The position numbers were made by a program, and so were the translations under genes. The notes beneath the pieces were generated by a model. It did not search any database, was not told where the DNA came from, and saw only the letters and a list, made by a program, of their open reading frames with translations. Of a DNA stretch of 64,000 bases, positions 21,156 to 30,378 are shown one piece after another. Source of the DNA: Candidatus Nealsonbacteria bacterium (GTDB lineage Bacteria; Patescibacteriota; Minisyncoccia; Minisyncoccales; CSSED10-335); NCBI GenBank assembly GCA_019923605.1, contig JAHXGM010000001.1, positions 398-64,397 of the forward strand, read 5' to 3'. Every line of letters starts with the position of its first letter. The stretch's first letter is position 1.

Positions 21156-22400
21156 ATGGCAAAAAAAATATACGATATTTTCCCACCACACATTAAGATT
21201 GACGATAGGCTTAATATTAAACAAAAAAAAGAAAAGCCTAGTCGGAATCTTAATATCAGAAAAATCGGAATTATTTTCGGATCATCCTTGTTGTTATTGT
21301 TCCTTGGATACACATTCTTCTTGCGAGTTGATATTATAATTTCTCCAAAAACAGAAGAAGTCAGTTTTAGCGGGAGAATAGAGATAAAAACAGATGCATT
21401 GCAGGTTGATTATCTTTCCAGAATAATTCCTGGCAAATTAATTGAAGTTGAGAAGGAAAAATCTAAGACTTTTTCTTCTACGGGATATGATACTGAAGAG
21501 AAAAGTGCAGAGGGGGTGTTACGAGTCTACAATAACCACTCTTCTTTGCCTCAAATATTAGTGGCTGAAACTAGATTTGTTTCTTCTGATGGTAAGTTGT
21601 TTAGGTCTTTGGAAAGAATTTCTGTTCCCGGAAGAACTCAATTGGGGGCTGGCCATATAGATGTCCGAGTTCGAGCTGCAGAGCCTGGTGAAGATTATAA
21701 TATAGATCGCACGGTTAAATTTTCTATACCCGGATTGCAAGGAACCCCAATGTTCACTTCTGTTTATGCGGAAAACCTTAATCCAATTACTGGAGGATTT
21801 ATTGGTAGGCTCCCTAAGATAACTCAAGAAGATGTAGATGGAGCTCGCTCAATTTTAATTTCAGATATTTTAGCTGAAGTAAAAAATAATATAGCTAACA
21901 ACTCTCAAAATCTTGTATTAATAGATACTCTTATTGCTGAAGATATGTTGCAAGAAACAATAAGTCCTGGCGTAGGAGAAAACTATGAATCGTTTAATTA
22001 TAGTATTAAAATTAAAGCAAAAGCACTTGCCTATGATGCGTCTGATTTAGAAGATTTAATAAATGAGTTTTTACTGGAACAAGTTCCTGATCGCGACCTT
22101 ACAGGGGAGCTTCTTTTTTCAGAGAAAAAGATATGGAATAATCCGGAATTATCTTATGATGTCATATCTATAAGTGAAGCGGGGGCGATTATTTTTGTTG
22201 AAACTTCCGGAATTGCTTACCCTGAAATTGAGAAAATGGCTTTCAAAAGAGAGGTGAGTGGAAAGAGTTTAGAGGAGATAAGAATGATACTTTCTGATAA
22301 TCCAAGAATATTAACATTCAGCGTAAACGTCCGTCCTTCGTGGATCAAAAATGCTCCAAGTATTGATAAAATAAACCTAAGGATCCAAATCAATAATTAG
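21156..22400 (+). CDS. Membrane-anchored protein with baseplate J/gp47-like domain
   Basis: Single N-terminal TM; AEGVLRVYN..TRF..DGKLF..VRAAEPGEDYNI..ITGG pattern. Confidence 0.6.
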   Translation: MAKKIYDIFPPHIKIDDRLNIKQKKEKPSRNLNIRKIGIIFGSSLLLLFLGYTFFLRVDIIISPKTEEVSFSGRIEIKTDALQVDYLSRIIPGKLIEVEKEKSKTFSSTGYDTEEKSAEGVLRVYNNHSSLPQILVAETRFVSSDGKLFRSLERISVPGRTQLGAGHIDVRVRAAEPGEDYNIDRTVKFSIPGLQGTPMFTSVYAENLNPITGGFIGRLPKITQEDVDGARSILISDILAEVKNNIANNSQNLVLIDTLIAEDMLQETISPGVGENYESFNYSIKIKAKALAYDASDLEDLINEFLLEQVPDRDLTGELLFSEKKIWNNPELSYDVISISEAGAIIFVETSGIAYPEIEKMAFKREVSGKSLEEIRMILSDNPRILTFSVNVRPSWIKNAPSIDKINLRIQINN

Positions 22401-22404
22401 TTTC

Positions 22405-22433
22405 TTGACTAAACTAAAAGTTTCTGGTATCTT
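22405..22433 (+). promoter_or_regulatory. sigma70-type promoter of the infA-alpha operon
   Basis: TTGACT-N17-TATCTT with TG extended -10. Confidence 0.6.
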
Positions 22434-22446
22434 TAGTAATCATTAA

Positions 22447-22671
22447 ATGAATACAAAAAAAGAAGCTCTACAAAAGACTGGAATAGTGGTGGAATCGTTG
22501 CCAAATGCTCATTTCAAGATAAAATTAGATGATGAAGAAAGGGAAGTTATTGGTCATCTTGCTGGAAAAATGAGAATGCATCGGATAAGGGTATTGCCAG
22601 GCGATAAAGTAACATTAGAGATGAGTGCTCCAACTGATACTAGAGGGAGGATTGTGTATAGAAAGAAGTAA
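22447..22671 (+). CDS. infA: Translation initiation factor IF-1
   Basis: [22 protein letters not shown]. Confidence 0.97.
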   Translation: MNTKKEALQKTGIVVESLPNAHFKIKLDDEEREVIGHLAGKMRMHRIRVLPGDKVTLEMSAPTDTRGRIVYRKK

Positions 22672-22694
22672 TTATATCTTATTTAATATATAAA

Positions 22695-22808
22695 ATGAAA
22701 GTCCGTTCTTCAGTTAAGCAAATTTGTAAAGACTGTAAAGTTGTCCGACGAAAAGGCCGGGTTTACGTGATTTGTATTATTAAAAAACATAAGCAAAGAC
22801 AAGGATAA
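22695..22808 (+). CDS. rpmJ: 50S ribosomal protein L36 (not in ORF track)
   Basis: Hand translation [37 protein letters not shown]. Confidence 0.97.
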   Translation: MKVRSSVKQICKDCKVVRRKGRVYVICIIKKHKQRQG

Positions 22809-22810
22809 AT

Positions 22811-23200
22811 ATGCCAAGAATCGCAGGTGTTAACATTCCCGAAAACAAAAGAATACTTATATCTCTAACCTATATCTATGGGCTTGGTTCGGTTGTAACT
22901 AAGAATATATTAGATGAGATCAAGATTGATGGTAATAGAAAAGCATCAGATCTTACTCAAGATGAGATTAAGAAGTTGAAAGATTTGATTGAAAAGAAAT
23001 ATAGAGTGGAGGGGGACCTAAGAAGAGACATAATGATGAATATTAAAAGGTTAAGAGAGGTTGGATCTTATAGAGGATCTCGACACATTAAAAAATTACC
23101 TGCAAGAGGTCAACGAACTAAGACCAATAGCCGAACTATTAGAGGAAATGTAAGAAGAACCGTGGGCTCCGGAAAAAAAGGTGCTCCAGCTCCTAAATAA
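22811..23200 (+). CDS. rpsM: 30S ribosomal protein S13
   Basis: MPRIAGVNIP, RGQRTKTN. Confidence 0.99.
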   Translation: MPRIAGVNIPENKRILISLTYIYGLGSVVTKNILDEIKIDGNRKASDLTQDEIKKLKDLIEKKYRVEGDLRRDIMMNIKRLREVGSYRGSRHIKKLPARGQRTKTNSRTIRGNVRRTVGSGKKGAPAPK

Positions 23201-23208
23201 ATTGTAAT

Positions 23209-23658
23209 ATGGGCAAAAAACGAATTGCAGAAAAAACTAAAGAAGAATTACAGGCTGAGCGCGAGCAGTTAGACAAGGTAATGAAAACGGACGCCAAGGG
23301 TAAATCAAAGGGTATAAGAGAGGGAAGAGTTTATATTTCCTGTTCTTATAACAATACTTTACTTACTCTTGCCGATGGTCAAGGCAATGTTCTTGGCTGG
23401 GCGAGTTCTGGTAATATCGGATTTAAAGGTAGCAAAAAAGCAACACCTTTCGCAGCCTCTAAAGTAGCTGATGTTATTTCTCAGAAAGCTCAAAAGATTG
23501 GAATCGAAAAAATATCAATATTTATTAAAGGAATAGGTGGCGGAAGGGATTCTTCTATCAGGTCATTAGCTGCACGAGGATTTGATATCATTTCAATAAA
23601 AGATGTCACTCCGATCCCTCACAATGGATGTAGACCGCCTAAAGCAAGAAGAGTATAG
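23209..23658 (+). CDS. rpsK: 30S ribosomal protein S11 with N-terminal extension
   Basis: GFKGSKKATPFAA, DVTPIPHNGCRPPK. Confidence 0.99.
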   Translation: MGKKRIAEKTKEELQAEREQLDKVMKTDAKGKSKGIREGRVYISCSYNNTLLTLADGQGNVLGWASSGNIGFKGSKKATPFAASKVADVISQKAQKIGIEKISIFIKGIGGGRDSSIRSLAARGFDIISIKDVTPIPHNGCRPPKARRV

Positions 23659-23666
23659 TAAAAAAT

Positions 23667-24296
23667 ATGACAACAGAACAATGTAAAATTTGCAGAAGAC
23701 AGGGAATTAAACTTTTTTTAAAAGGAGAGCGTTGCTACGGACAAAAATGCGGTATTGTTAAAAGAAATTATCCACCTGGAATAAGATCTAAGAGAAGAGG
23801 AAAAAAGATCTCCGAATACGGAAGGGCTTTGATGGAGAAGCAAAAAATGAGACATTGGTATAATTTAAGTGAGTCTCAATTCTCTAAATATGTAAAAAAT
23901 ATTCTTGATAAGAAAGAAAGATCTGAGGGAGCAGGGGACTTGCTAGTCAAAAGAATAGAGAGTCGTTTAGATAATATTATTTTCAGACTAGGATTTACCT
24001 TATCACATCGTGATGCAAGACAAATGGTTAATCATGGACATTTTATGGTTAACGGACGAAAGGTAGACATCCCTTCTTATGAAGTTAAGAAAGGAGATGA
24101 AATAGAGGTTAAAGCCGGATCAAAGAAAAAGAAGGAGTTTGAAGATATTAAAGCATCTCTTAAGAATTTTACTCCTCCAGTATGGCTTTCTCTTGATAAA
24201 GAAGGAATGAAGGTAAAAGTCCTTAGTCTTCCTACTGAAGAAGAAGCTAATGTTCCAGTTGAGACAACTGTTGTATTTGAATTTTATTCTAAATAA
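23667..24296 (+). CDS. rpsD: 30S ribosomal protein S4
   Basis: CKICRR, ESRLDN, ARQMVNHGH, EFYSK. Confidence 0.99.
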   Translation: MTTEQCKICRRQGIKLFLKGERCYGQKCGIVKRNYPPGIRSKRRGKKISEYGRALMEKQKMRHWYNLSESQFSKYVKNILDKKERSEGAGDLLVKRIESRLDNIIFRLGFTLSHRDARQMVNHGHFMVNGRKVDIPSYEVKKGDEIEVKAGSKKKKEFEDIKASLKNFTPPVWLSLDKEGMKVKVLSLPTEEEANVPVETTVVFEFYSK

Positions 24297-24325
24297 GAAT
24301 TAATTAATTTAATCATAATTTATCT

Positions 24326-25261
24326 ATGATATCCTTACCTTCCAAACCAAAGGTTACGCAAAAAAAAGAAAATACAGCTGTTTTTGAAATTGAAGGATTG
24401 TATCCTGGTTTTGGGGTTACAATAGGAAGTAGCTTAAGGAGGGTTCTTTTCTCATCTCTTGAAGGAGCAGCTGTAACTCAGATAAAGATAGAGGGAGTTC
24501 AACATGAATTTTCTACTCTCCCTGGAGTCTTAGAAGACGTTATAACCATCATTTTAAACATTAAACAGCTTAGATTTAAAGTTCATGGAGACGAGCCTCA
24601 AAAGGCATTTTTGAAGGTTACAGGAGATAAAGAGGTCAAGGGTTCTGATATAGAATTGCCCACACAAGTTGAATTGGCTAGTAAAGACATTCATATTGCC
24701 ACATTAACTGACAAGAAAGCTAGTTTAAACATTAAATTCCAGATTGAGAAAGGATTGGGATATGTTACCGCAGAACAAGACAAAAGAGAGAAGCTTGAAG
24801 TAGGTGAAATATCAATAGATGCAATTTTCACTCCTATTAAAGGTGTTAATTTCAGAGTTGAAAATATGAGAATGGGAAAAAGAACTGACTTTAACAGACT
24901 TTTCCTTGAAATTGAAACAGACGGAACTATTACTCCAGAAAAAGCATTTCATGAAGCTTCAGAAATATTAGTTAAGCACTTTTCTTCGTTTCTAGAAACA
25001 GAAAAAGAAGAAGTCCTTGAAAAAGAAGAAGTCCTTAAGAAAGAAGAGAAAATAAAGGAGGATGACCCTACGAAAATGAAGATAGAAGATTTGGGAATTA
25101 ACCCAAGGGTTTTAAATGTTTTAATAAAGAATAATATCAAGACCGTTGGAGGCCTTTTGCGAAAGAACGAAGAGTCGCTTGTATCTCTTGAAGGAATGGG
25201 GTCAAAAGGAGTAGAGGACATTAAAAAGATCCTTAAAAAACTCGGTCTTGAATTAAAGTAA
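24326..25261 (+). CDS. rpoA: RNA polymerase alpha subunit
   Basis: GFGVTIGSSLRRVL, HEFSTLPGVLED, DAIFTPI, C-terminal alphaCTD. Confidence 0.99.
   Translation: MISLPSKPKVTQKKENTAVFEIEGLYPGFGVTIGSSLRRVLFSSLEGAAVTQIKIEGVQHEFSTLPGVLEDVITIILNIKQLRFKVHGDEPQKAFLKVTGDKEVKGSDIELPTQVELASKDIHIATLTDKKASLNIKFQIEKGLGYVTAEQDKREKLEVGEISIDAIFTPIKGVNFRVENMRMGKRTDFNRLFLEIETDGTITPEKAFHEASEILVKHFSSFLETEKEEVLEKEEVLKKEEKIKEDDPTKMKIEDLGINPRVLNVLIKNNIKTVGGLLRKNEESLVSLEGMGSKGVEDIKKILKKLGLELK
25001..25036 (+). repeat. 18-bp perfect tandem duplication in the rpoA linker
   Basis: GAAAAAGAAGAAGTCCTT x2 (EKEEVL x2). Confidence 0.9.
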
Positions 25262-25262
25262 T

Positions 25263-25613
25263 ATGCGCAAATTAAAAAAAGGAAGAATACTTTCAAGAAA
25301 AAGAGATCAACGAAGAGCTCTTTTAAAGTCATTGGGCAGAGCTCTTGTTTTGAATGAACAGATTAAAACGACTGAGGTAAAAGCCAAAGAAGTAGCTGTA
25401 TTTGTAGAGAAGCAAATTACCAAAGCTAAGAAGGGAGACCTTCATTCAAGAAGACTTTTGATTAGATTTTTCTCTGAAGACGTAGCTAAGAAAATGATTG
25501 AAGACCTTGCTCTAAGATACAAGGATAGGCAAGGAGGATATACAAGGATAATTAAGATTGGACCCAGAGCCAGTGATAGCGCCAAGATGGCTTTTATAGA
25601 ATTGGTAAAATAA
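25263..25613 (+). CDS. rplQ: 50S ribosomal protein L17
   Basis: IKTTEVKAKE, RQGGYTRIIK. Confidence 0.98.
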   Translation: MRKLKKGRILSRKRDQRRALLKSLGRALVLNEQIKTTEVKAKEVAVFVEKQITKAKKGDLHSRRLLIRFFSEDVAKKMIEDLALRYKDRQGGYTRIIKIGPRASDSAKMAFIELVK

Positions 25614-25617
25614 AATT

Positions 25618-25965
25618 ATGGAACGCAATACTCACACAATAGATGCAAAAGATCAAACTTTAGGCAGACTTGCAACCAAGGTATCTTTATTACTAAGGGG
25701 AAAACAAAAACCTGATTTTGCCCCACATAAAGATGGGGGCGATTTCGTTGTAATTGAAAATGCAGACAAGATAAAGGTTACGGGCAAGAAATATGAGCAA
25801 AAGAAATATTATCGCCACAGTGGTTATTTGGGTGGACTAAAGGAACAGCCTTATTCAAAAGTTTTTATTAAAAATCCGGGAGAGGTATTAAAGAAAGCTG
25901 TTTGGGGCATGCTTCCAAAGAATAAATTACGAGCCCAAATAATTAAAAGGTTAAAAGTAAAATAA
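25618..25965 (+). CDS. rplM: 50S ribosomal protein L13 (C-terminally short)
   Basis: LGRLAT, GDFVVIENA, YYRHSGYLGGLK, GMLPKN. Confidence 0.98.
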   Translation: MERNTHTIDAKDQTLGRLATKVSLLLRGKQKPDFAPHKDGGDFVVIENADKIKVTGKKYEQKKYYRHSGYLGGLKEQPYSKVFIKNPGEVLKKAVWGMLPKNKLRAQIIKRLKVK

Positions 25966-25968
25966 ACT

Positions 25969-26508
25969 ATGGCTAAAGAAGAGACAATTAAAAAAGAAAA
26001 GAAAAAAAAGGCTGAAAAGAAACCTGTGGTCAAGAAAAAACCTGCGGTTAAAAAAAAGGTTGTAGCTGATCCTGTAGCCGAAGAACCAGAAATTGAAGTT
26101 ATTGTTGATGATAAAAAAGATCGATACTTTGAAGCTGTTGGAAGAAGAAAAACTGCTATTGCCAGAGTAAGACTTTATACCAAAGGAAAAAAGGATATTA
26201 CAATTAATGACAAGCCATACGATAAGTATTTCCCAACTAACGAGCTTCAAGAAGATTCAATGTCTGCCCTGAAGAAAATGAAGTGTTTTGATAAGTTCAC
26301 CGTTGTTGTAAAAGTTAAAGGAGGCGGATTAAGTGCTCAATCAGAAGCGGTAAGACACGGAACTTCCAGAGCCCTAGTCCTTTTTAACGAAGAATTTAGA
26401 AAGAGATTAAGAAGAGTGGGATATCTAACAAGGGATCCAAGAGCAAGAGAGAGGAAGAAATTCGGACTTAAGAGAGCAAGAAGAGCTCCTCAATGGAAGA
26501 AGAGATAA
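25969..26508 (+). CDS. rpsI: 30S ribosomal protein S9 with Lys-rich N-terminal extension
   Basis: GRRKTAIARV, GGG, ERKKFGLKRARRAPQWKKR. Confidence 0.98.
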   Translation: MAKEETIKKEKKKKAEKKPVVKKKPAVKKKVVADPVAEEPEIEVIVDDKKDRYFEAVGRRKTAIARVRLYTKGKKDITINDKPYDKYFPTNELQEDSMSALKKMKCFDKFTVVVKVKGGGLSAQSEAVRHGTSRALVLFNEEFRKRLRRVGYLTRDPRARERKKFGLKRARRAPQWKKR

Positions 26509-26522
26509 TATTAAAGAGAATT

Positions 26523-26548
26523 AAAAACCCGGTATAACCGGGTTTTTT
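26523..26548. terminator. Bidirectional intrinsic terminator
   Basis: AAAAACCCGG-TATAA-CCGGGTTTTTT between convergent genes. Confidence 0.85.
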
Positions 26549-26549
26549 G

Positions 26550-27887
26550 TTATGGTATCAATCTTTTAGAAACAAGAAGGTCAGAACCCCTTAATAGATA
26601 AACTTTTTTGTCATTAAAGTTGAAGTATATTTTAGAGTTTTCTATTACATCCAAGTTAACTAGGTTTATATGATCCCTGTCATCAATTTCAATAATCCTT
26701 ATTTCTGAATCTATATTAAATATTAGATAGTGAGATGTATACCAGTAGATATCATTTATTTCACCCGAAAATCTTGTTAGGAAAACATTATCTCCACGAT
26801 TTCTTTGAGGTTGATCAATCACTTCTGTTAAAAAGAGCACTCGGATCTCATGGTTATTGTAATTTAATATTTTCCCCCCATCAGGAGATAGTATTGGGTC
26901 AAAAGGGGACTCAAAAACTTCTACGAATTCTTGATTATCAAGAAGATAGAAAGTTTCATTTTCTCTTATCATTACTTCAGGACCTAAGAAGTATATTTTA
27001 TAGTTATTGTTTTCATCAACAACTAGTGGGATTCTGTTTATTTGCCTATAATCTTCTTCTATGCCAATGTTAATGAATCCATCGGGAGACATCCAGACAA
27101 TACTATCGCCCCATAGATTATAAGTAATTACTTCTTCTAGTATAAGTTCAATTTCTAGTGTAACAAGATCATAAAAGAAAATATTATTTTCATTTAAAAA
27201 TATTATCTTTCGATCATTTTGAGGGTGCATGATTAGATTTTTTGCTGCTTGGGGAACATTAATTAGGGATGGTTCGATGGATTGAGTGATATCAATTAAG
27301 TAATATCCCTTGTCTGTATGTAATATTAATTTATTCCAGCGTTGAGAGAAGTTGAAGTCAATAATTTCAATATCTTCATTAGCAGAGAATATGGTTCTTT
27401 CCTGGCCTGTTCTTATATCATAGATATTGAGATTGTTTCCAATCTTCAATATCAGTGAGTTCTTCTCTGGTAAGGGAAAGAAATTATTAACATCACTTTT
27501 GAGAGTAATAAATTCTGGATTTTCTGGAACTAAGGTTATATTTTTTATATCAGTTACAAAGCCTTCCCTTATTTCAAGTGATTTTCTCCATGAATGATAA
27601 CCATTTTTTTTAACCTCAATATTATAGCGATTGGGTAGTAAATTTTTAATAAATGCTGTTCCAAAGAAAAAATCAGTTGTTTTTTGAATTATTTTATTAT
27701 TAGCTGGAGAAATGTTAATTTCTGAACTTTTAGGAGATATTCTGAAATAAAAACCTCCTGTTTGCACGATTTTTCTTTCTTGGAAATCAAAGCGATATCC
27801 TTGAGAATAGAAAATAGCAATTGGTCCGATAATTAGAAAAGTTAATAGGAGAGCAAGAAAGAGAATGAATCGTTGTTTTTTAGTCAT
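26550..27887 (-). CDS. Membrane-anchored PEGA-like domain protein with beta-propeller-like C-terminus
   Basis: N-terminal TM, GYRFD..QTGG, NLLPNRYNIEVKKNGYHSW, LSPDG repeat-like segments. Confidence 0.7.
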   Translation of the reverse strand: MTKKQRFILFLALLLTFLIIGPIAIFYSQGYRFDFQERKIVQTGGFYFRISPKSSEINISPANNKIIQKTTDFFFGTAFIKNLLPNRYNIEVKKNGYHSWRKSLEIREGFVTDIKNITLVPENPEFITLKSDVNNFFPLPEKNSLILKIGNNLNIYDIRTGQERTIFSANEDIEIIDFNFSQRWNKLILHTDKGYYLIDITQSIEPSLINVPQAAKNLIMHPQNDRKIIFLNENNIFFYDLVTLEIELILEEVITYNLWGDSIVWMSPDGFINIGIEEDYRQINRIPLVVDENNNYKIYFLGPEVMIRENETFYLLDNQEFVEVFESPFDPILSPDGGKILNYNNHEIRVLFLTEVIDQPQRNRGDNVFLTRFSGEINDIYWYTSHYLIFNIDSEIRIIEIDDRDHINLVNLDVIENSKIYFNFNDKKVYLLRGSDLLVSKRLIP

Positions 27888-27894
27888 ATGGTGT

Positions 27895-27945
27895 ATTTTA
27901 TATCATTTTTTCGTGCTTGCCAACTTATTAGTTATAAGCTAGTAT
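27895..27945. promoter_or_regulatory. Divergent promoter pair sharing a -35 region
   Basis: Plus: TTGCCA(27917)-N17-TAGTAT for murA; minus: TTGGCA-N17-TAAAAT with ATG about 8 nt downstream. Confidence 0.5.
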
Positions 27946-27967
27946 TAATTTAAAATAATAACAATTT

Positions 27968-29323
27968 ATGTCTGACAAATTTATAATAGAAGGTGGAAAT
28001 CAGTTGCATGGACAAATAGATGTAAAGGGGTCAAAGAACGCAGCAACACCAATCATTGCAGCCACACTTTTAACTAAAGAACCATGCATTTTGAGCAACA
28101 TCCCTTTAATAGAGGATGTCTTAAATATGATCAATCTTGTCCAAAGTTTGGGAGCAAAAGTAACTTGGCTAGATGAAAGGAAAGTTAAAATAGAAGCAAA
28201 AGATATAGATCCTAGTAAGATAGATAGGAAGCTAGTTTCTAGGATGAGATCTTCCATTTTAGTCTTGGGGCCATTATTGGCTAGATGTGGATATATTGAA
28301 TTAAATCATCCAGGCGGATGTGTCATTGGAACTAGGTCAGTGAAGACTCATTTAGATGCTTTTGAAGATCTGGGAGCAAAAGTAGAGGTTATTCAAGTTG
28401 GATCTTCTTTTGACCATCCTTATACTGAACCCACCAAATATTCTGAAAAAACAAATCTCTATTCTCTAAAGATTGATAATGATGACGTTGATGGTGGTGA
28501 CATAGTATTAGACGAATTTTCTGTTACCGGTACTGAAAATATACTTATGGCTTGTGCACTATTTCCAAAGAAGCATGTTATTAAAATCGCTGCTTCTGAA
28601 CCCCATGTTCAAGAACTGGTCATGTTTTTAAAGAAGATGGGAGTAAATATTGAAGGTGGTGGGACTAGTACTATTGAAATTTCAGGAAAGAAGAAGTTAT
28701 CTGGAGTAGATCACTTTATATCTTATGATTCAGTTGAGGCTGGAACCTATATCCTTATGGCATCTGCGGTCGGTGGAGAAGTAGAAGTAGGCAATGTCCC
28801 GGTTGAATACATGGATCTCTTTTTTAAGAAATTGAGAGATTTTGGCGCTAATATTGAGATATTAAAAAACGAATCAGTTTTGGTAAAAACTCCTAAGAAT
28901 TTAAGAATAGACAAGATACAAGCTCTTCCTTATCCGGGAATACCAACTGACCTTCAATCAGTTTTTGGAGTTCTTTCTACTCAAGCTCAAGGCCTAACAT
29001 TGATTCACGACCCCTTATATGATGGTCGGTTAAAATATTTAGAAGAATTAAATAAAATGGGAGCAGAGATAATTATCTGCGATCCTCATAGGGCAGTTAT
29101 TAATGGACCCACTGAATTATATGGAACAGAACTTGGGCCATTAGATTTAAGAAGTGGCGCTGCCTTAATAATCGCTGGTCTTTTAGCTAAGGGAAGTACG
29201 GTAATAAGAAATGCTTCCCAAGTAGATAGGGGTTATGAGAAAATTGAGGAAAGACTTCAGAAAATAGGAGCTAACGTTAAAAGAATTAGTCCTGCCCTGG
29301 TCGAAGTTAGTGATAAAAAATAA
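27968..29323 (+). CDS. murA: UDP-N-acetylglucosamine 1-carboxyvinyltransferase
   Basis: GSKNAA, MRSSIL, PGGCVIGTR (catalytic Cys), PYPGIPTDLQ, DLRSGA, DRGYE. Confidence 0.97.
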   Translation: MSDKFIIEGGNQLHGQIDVKGSKNAATPIIAATLLTKEPCILSNIPLIEDVLNMINLVQSLGAKVTWLDERKVKIEAKDIDPSKIDRKLVSRMRSSILVLGPLLARCGYIELNHPGGCVIGTRSVKTHLDAFEDLGAKVEVIQVGSSFDHPYTEPTKYSEKTNLYSLKIDNDDVDGGDIVLDEFSVTGTENILMACALFPKKHVIKIAASEPHVQELVMFLKKMGVNIEGGGTSTIEISGKKKLSGVDHFISYDSVEAGTYILMASAVGGEVEVGNVPVEYMDLFFKKLRDFGANIEILKNESVLVKTPKNLRIDKIQALPYPGIPTDLQSVFGVLSTQAQGLTLIHDPLYDGRLKYLEELNKMGAEIIICDPHRAVINGPTELYGTELGPLDLRSGAALIIAGLLAKGSTVIRNASQVDRGYEKIEERLQKIGANVKRISPALVEVSDKK

Positions 29324-29366
29324 TCATAGGGCTTTCTTATCTTTTTAAGAAAGTCATTGAAAAAAA

Positions 29367-30374
29367 GTGTGGACAAAAAAAATAGGAATTGATTTAGGAA
29401 CTTGTAACTCATTAGTTTTTATTCCCGGAAAGGGAGTAGTAATGGAAGAGCCATCAGTGGTGGCAGTTTCTGTTACGGAAAACAGAGTTTTAGCTGTGGG
29501 CAAAGAAGCCAAAGAAATGATAGGCAGAACTCCCGATGCTATTAAAGTCTATCGACCACTAAGAGATGGAGTAATAGCTGAATACAGGATTACTGAAGTT
29601 ATGATACGTTATTTCATACAAAAAAATACTAGATATTTTAAATTTTTAAAACCAGAATTGGTTGTTGGTGTTCCAGCTGGGATAACTTCTACTGAAAAAA
29701 GAGCCGTCATTGAAGCAGGAATCTTAGCTGGGGCTAAGGCTGTTTATTTAGCCAAAGAACCAATTTTGGCAGCAATCGGAGCAGGGATACCAATTAATTC
29801 ATGTTCTGGTCATATGATAATTGATATTGGTGGTGGTACTTCTGAAGTAGCAGTTATATCTCTGGGAGGAGTTGTAACATTTGAATCATTAAGAACTGCG
29901 GGCGATAAGATTGACAATGCGATTATTGATTATGTTAAGCGAAAATATAAGCTAGCAATTGGATTACAAACAGCGGAAGATATAAAAATAAAAATTGGGA
30001 CTGCTATTCCAGAGAAGAATGAAATGACTATGGATATTAGAGGGAGGGATTTGGTTTTGGGATTGCCAAGAAATATTACCATTAGTTCCAATGAAGTTGC
30101 TGAAGCGATCTTTGGACCTTTAAGTGAAATAGTAACTACGGTGAGACAAGTTTTAAGAGAAACTCCTCCGGAGCTTTCTGCTGATGTAATGGATAAAGGT
30201 ATGATTATTTCAGGTGGCGGTGCGCTTTTAAGGAATATAGATGTTTTAATTTCTCAAAGCACCGGAGTCCCTTGCTTTATTGCCGAAAATCCATTAGTTT
30301 GTGTGGCCAAAGGAACCGGTTCAATTTTAGATAATCTTGATCTTTATAAAAGAAGTATAATGAGTAAGAAATAA
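29367..30374 (+). CDS. mreB: Rod shape-determining protein MreB (paralog 1)
   Basis: GIDLGT, RPLRDGVI, DIGGGT, PELSAD, GGGALL; GTG start. Confidence 0.95.
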   Translation: MWTKKIGIDLGTCNSLVFIPGKGVVMEEPSVVAVSVTENRVLAVGKEAKEMIGRTPDAIKVYRPLRDGVIAEYRITEVMIRYFIQKNTRYFKFLKPELVVGVPAGITSTEKRAVIEAGILAGAKAVYLAKEPILAAIGAGIPINSCSGHMIIDIGGGTSEVAVISLGGVVTFESLRTAGDKIDNAIIDYVKRKYKLAIGLQTAEDIKIKIGTAIPEKNEMTMDIRGRDLVLGLPRNITISSNEVAEAIFGPLSEIVTTVRQVLRETPPELSADVMDKGMIISGGGALLRNIDVLISQSTGVPCFIAENPLVCVAKGTGSILDNLDLYKRSIMSKK

Positions 30375-30378
30375 GCTT

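Noticed and set aside
21156-22400. Prophage or contractile injection locus
   Set aside because: A single TM-anchored gene among housekeeping genes, with no other phage structural genes
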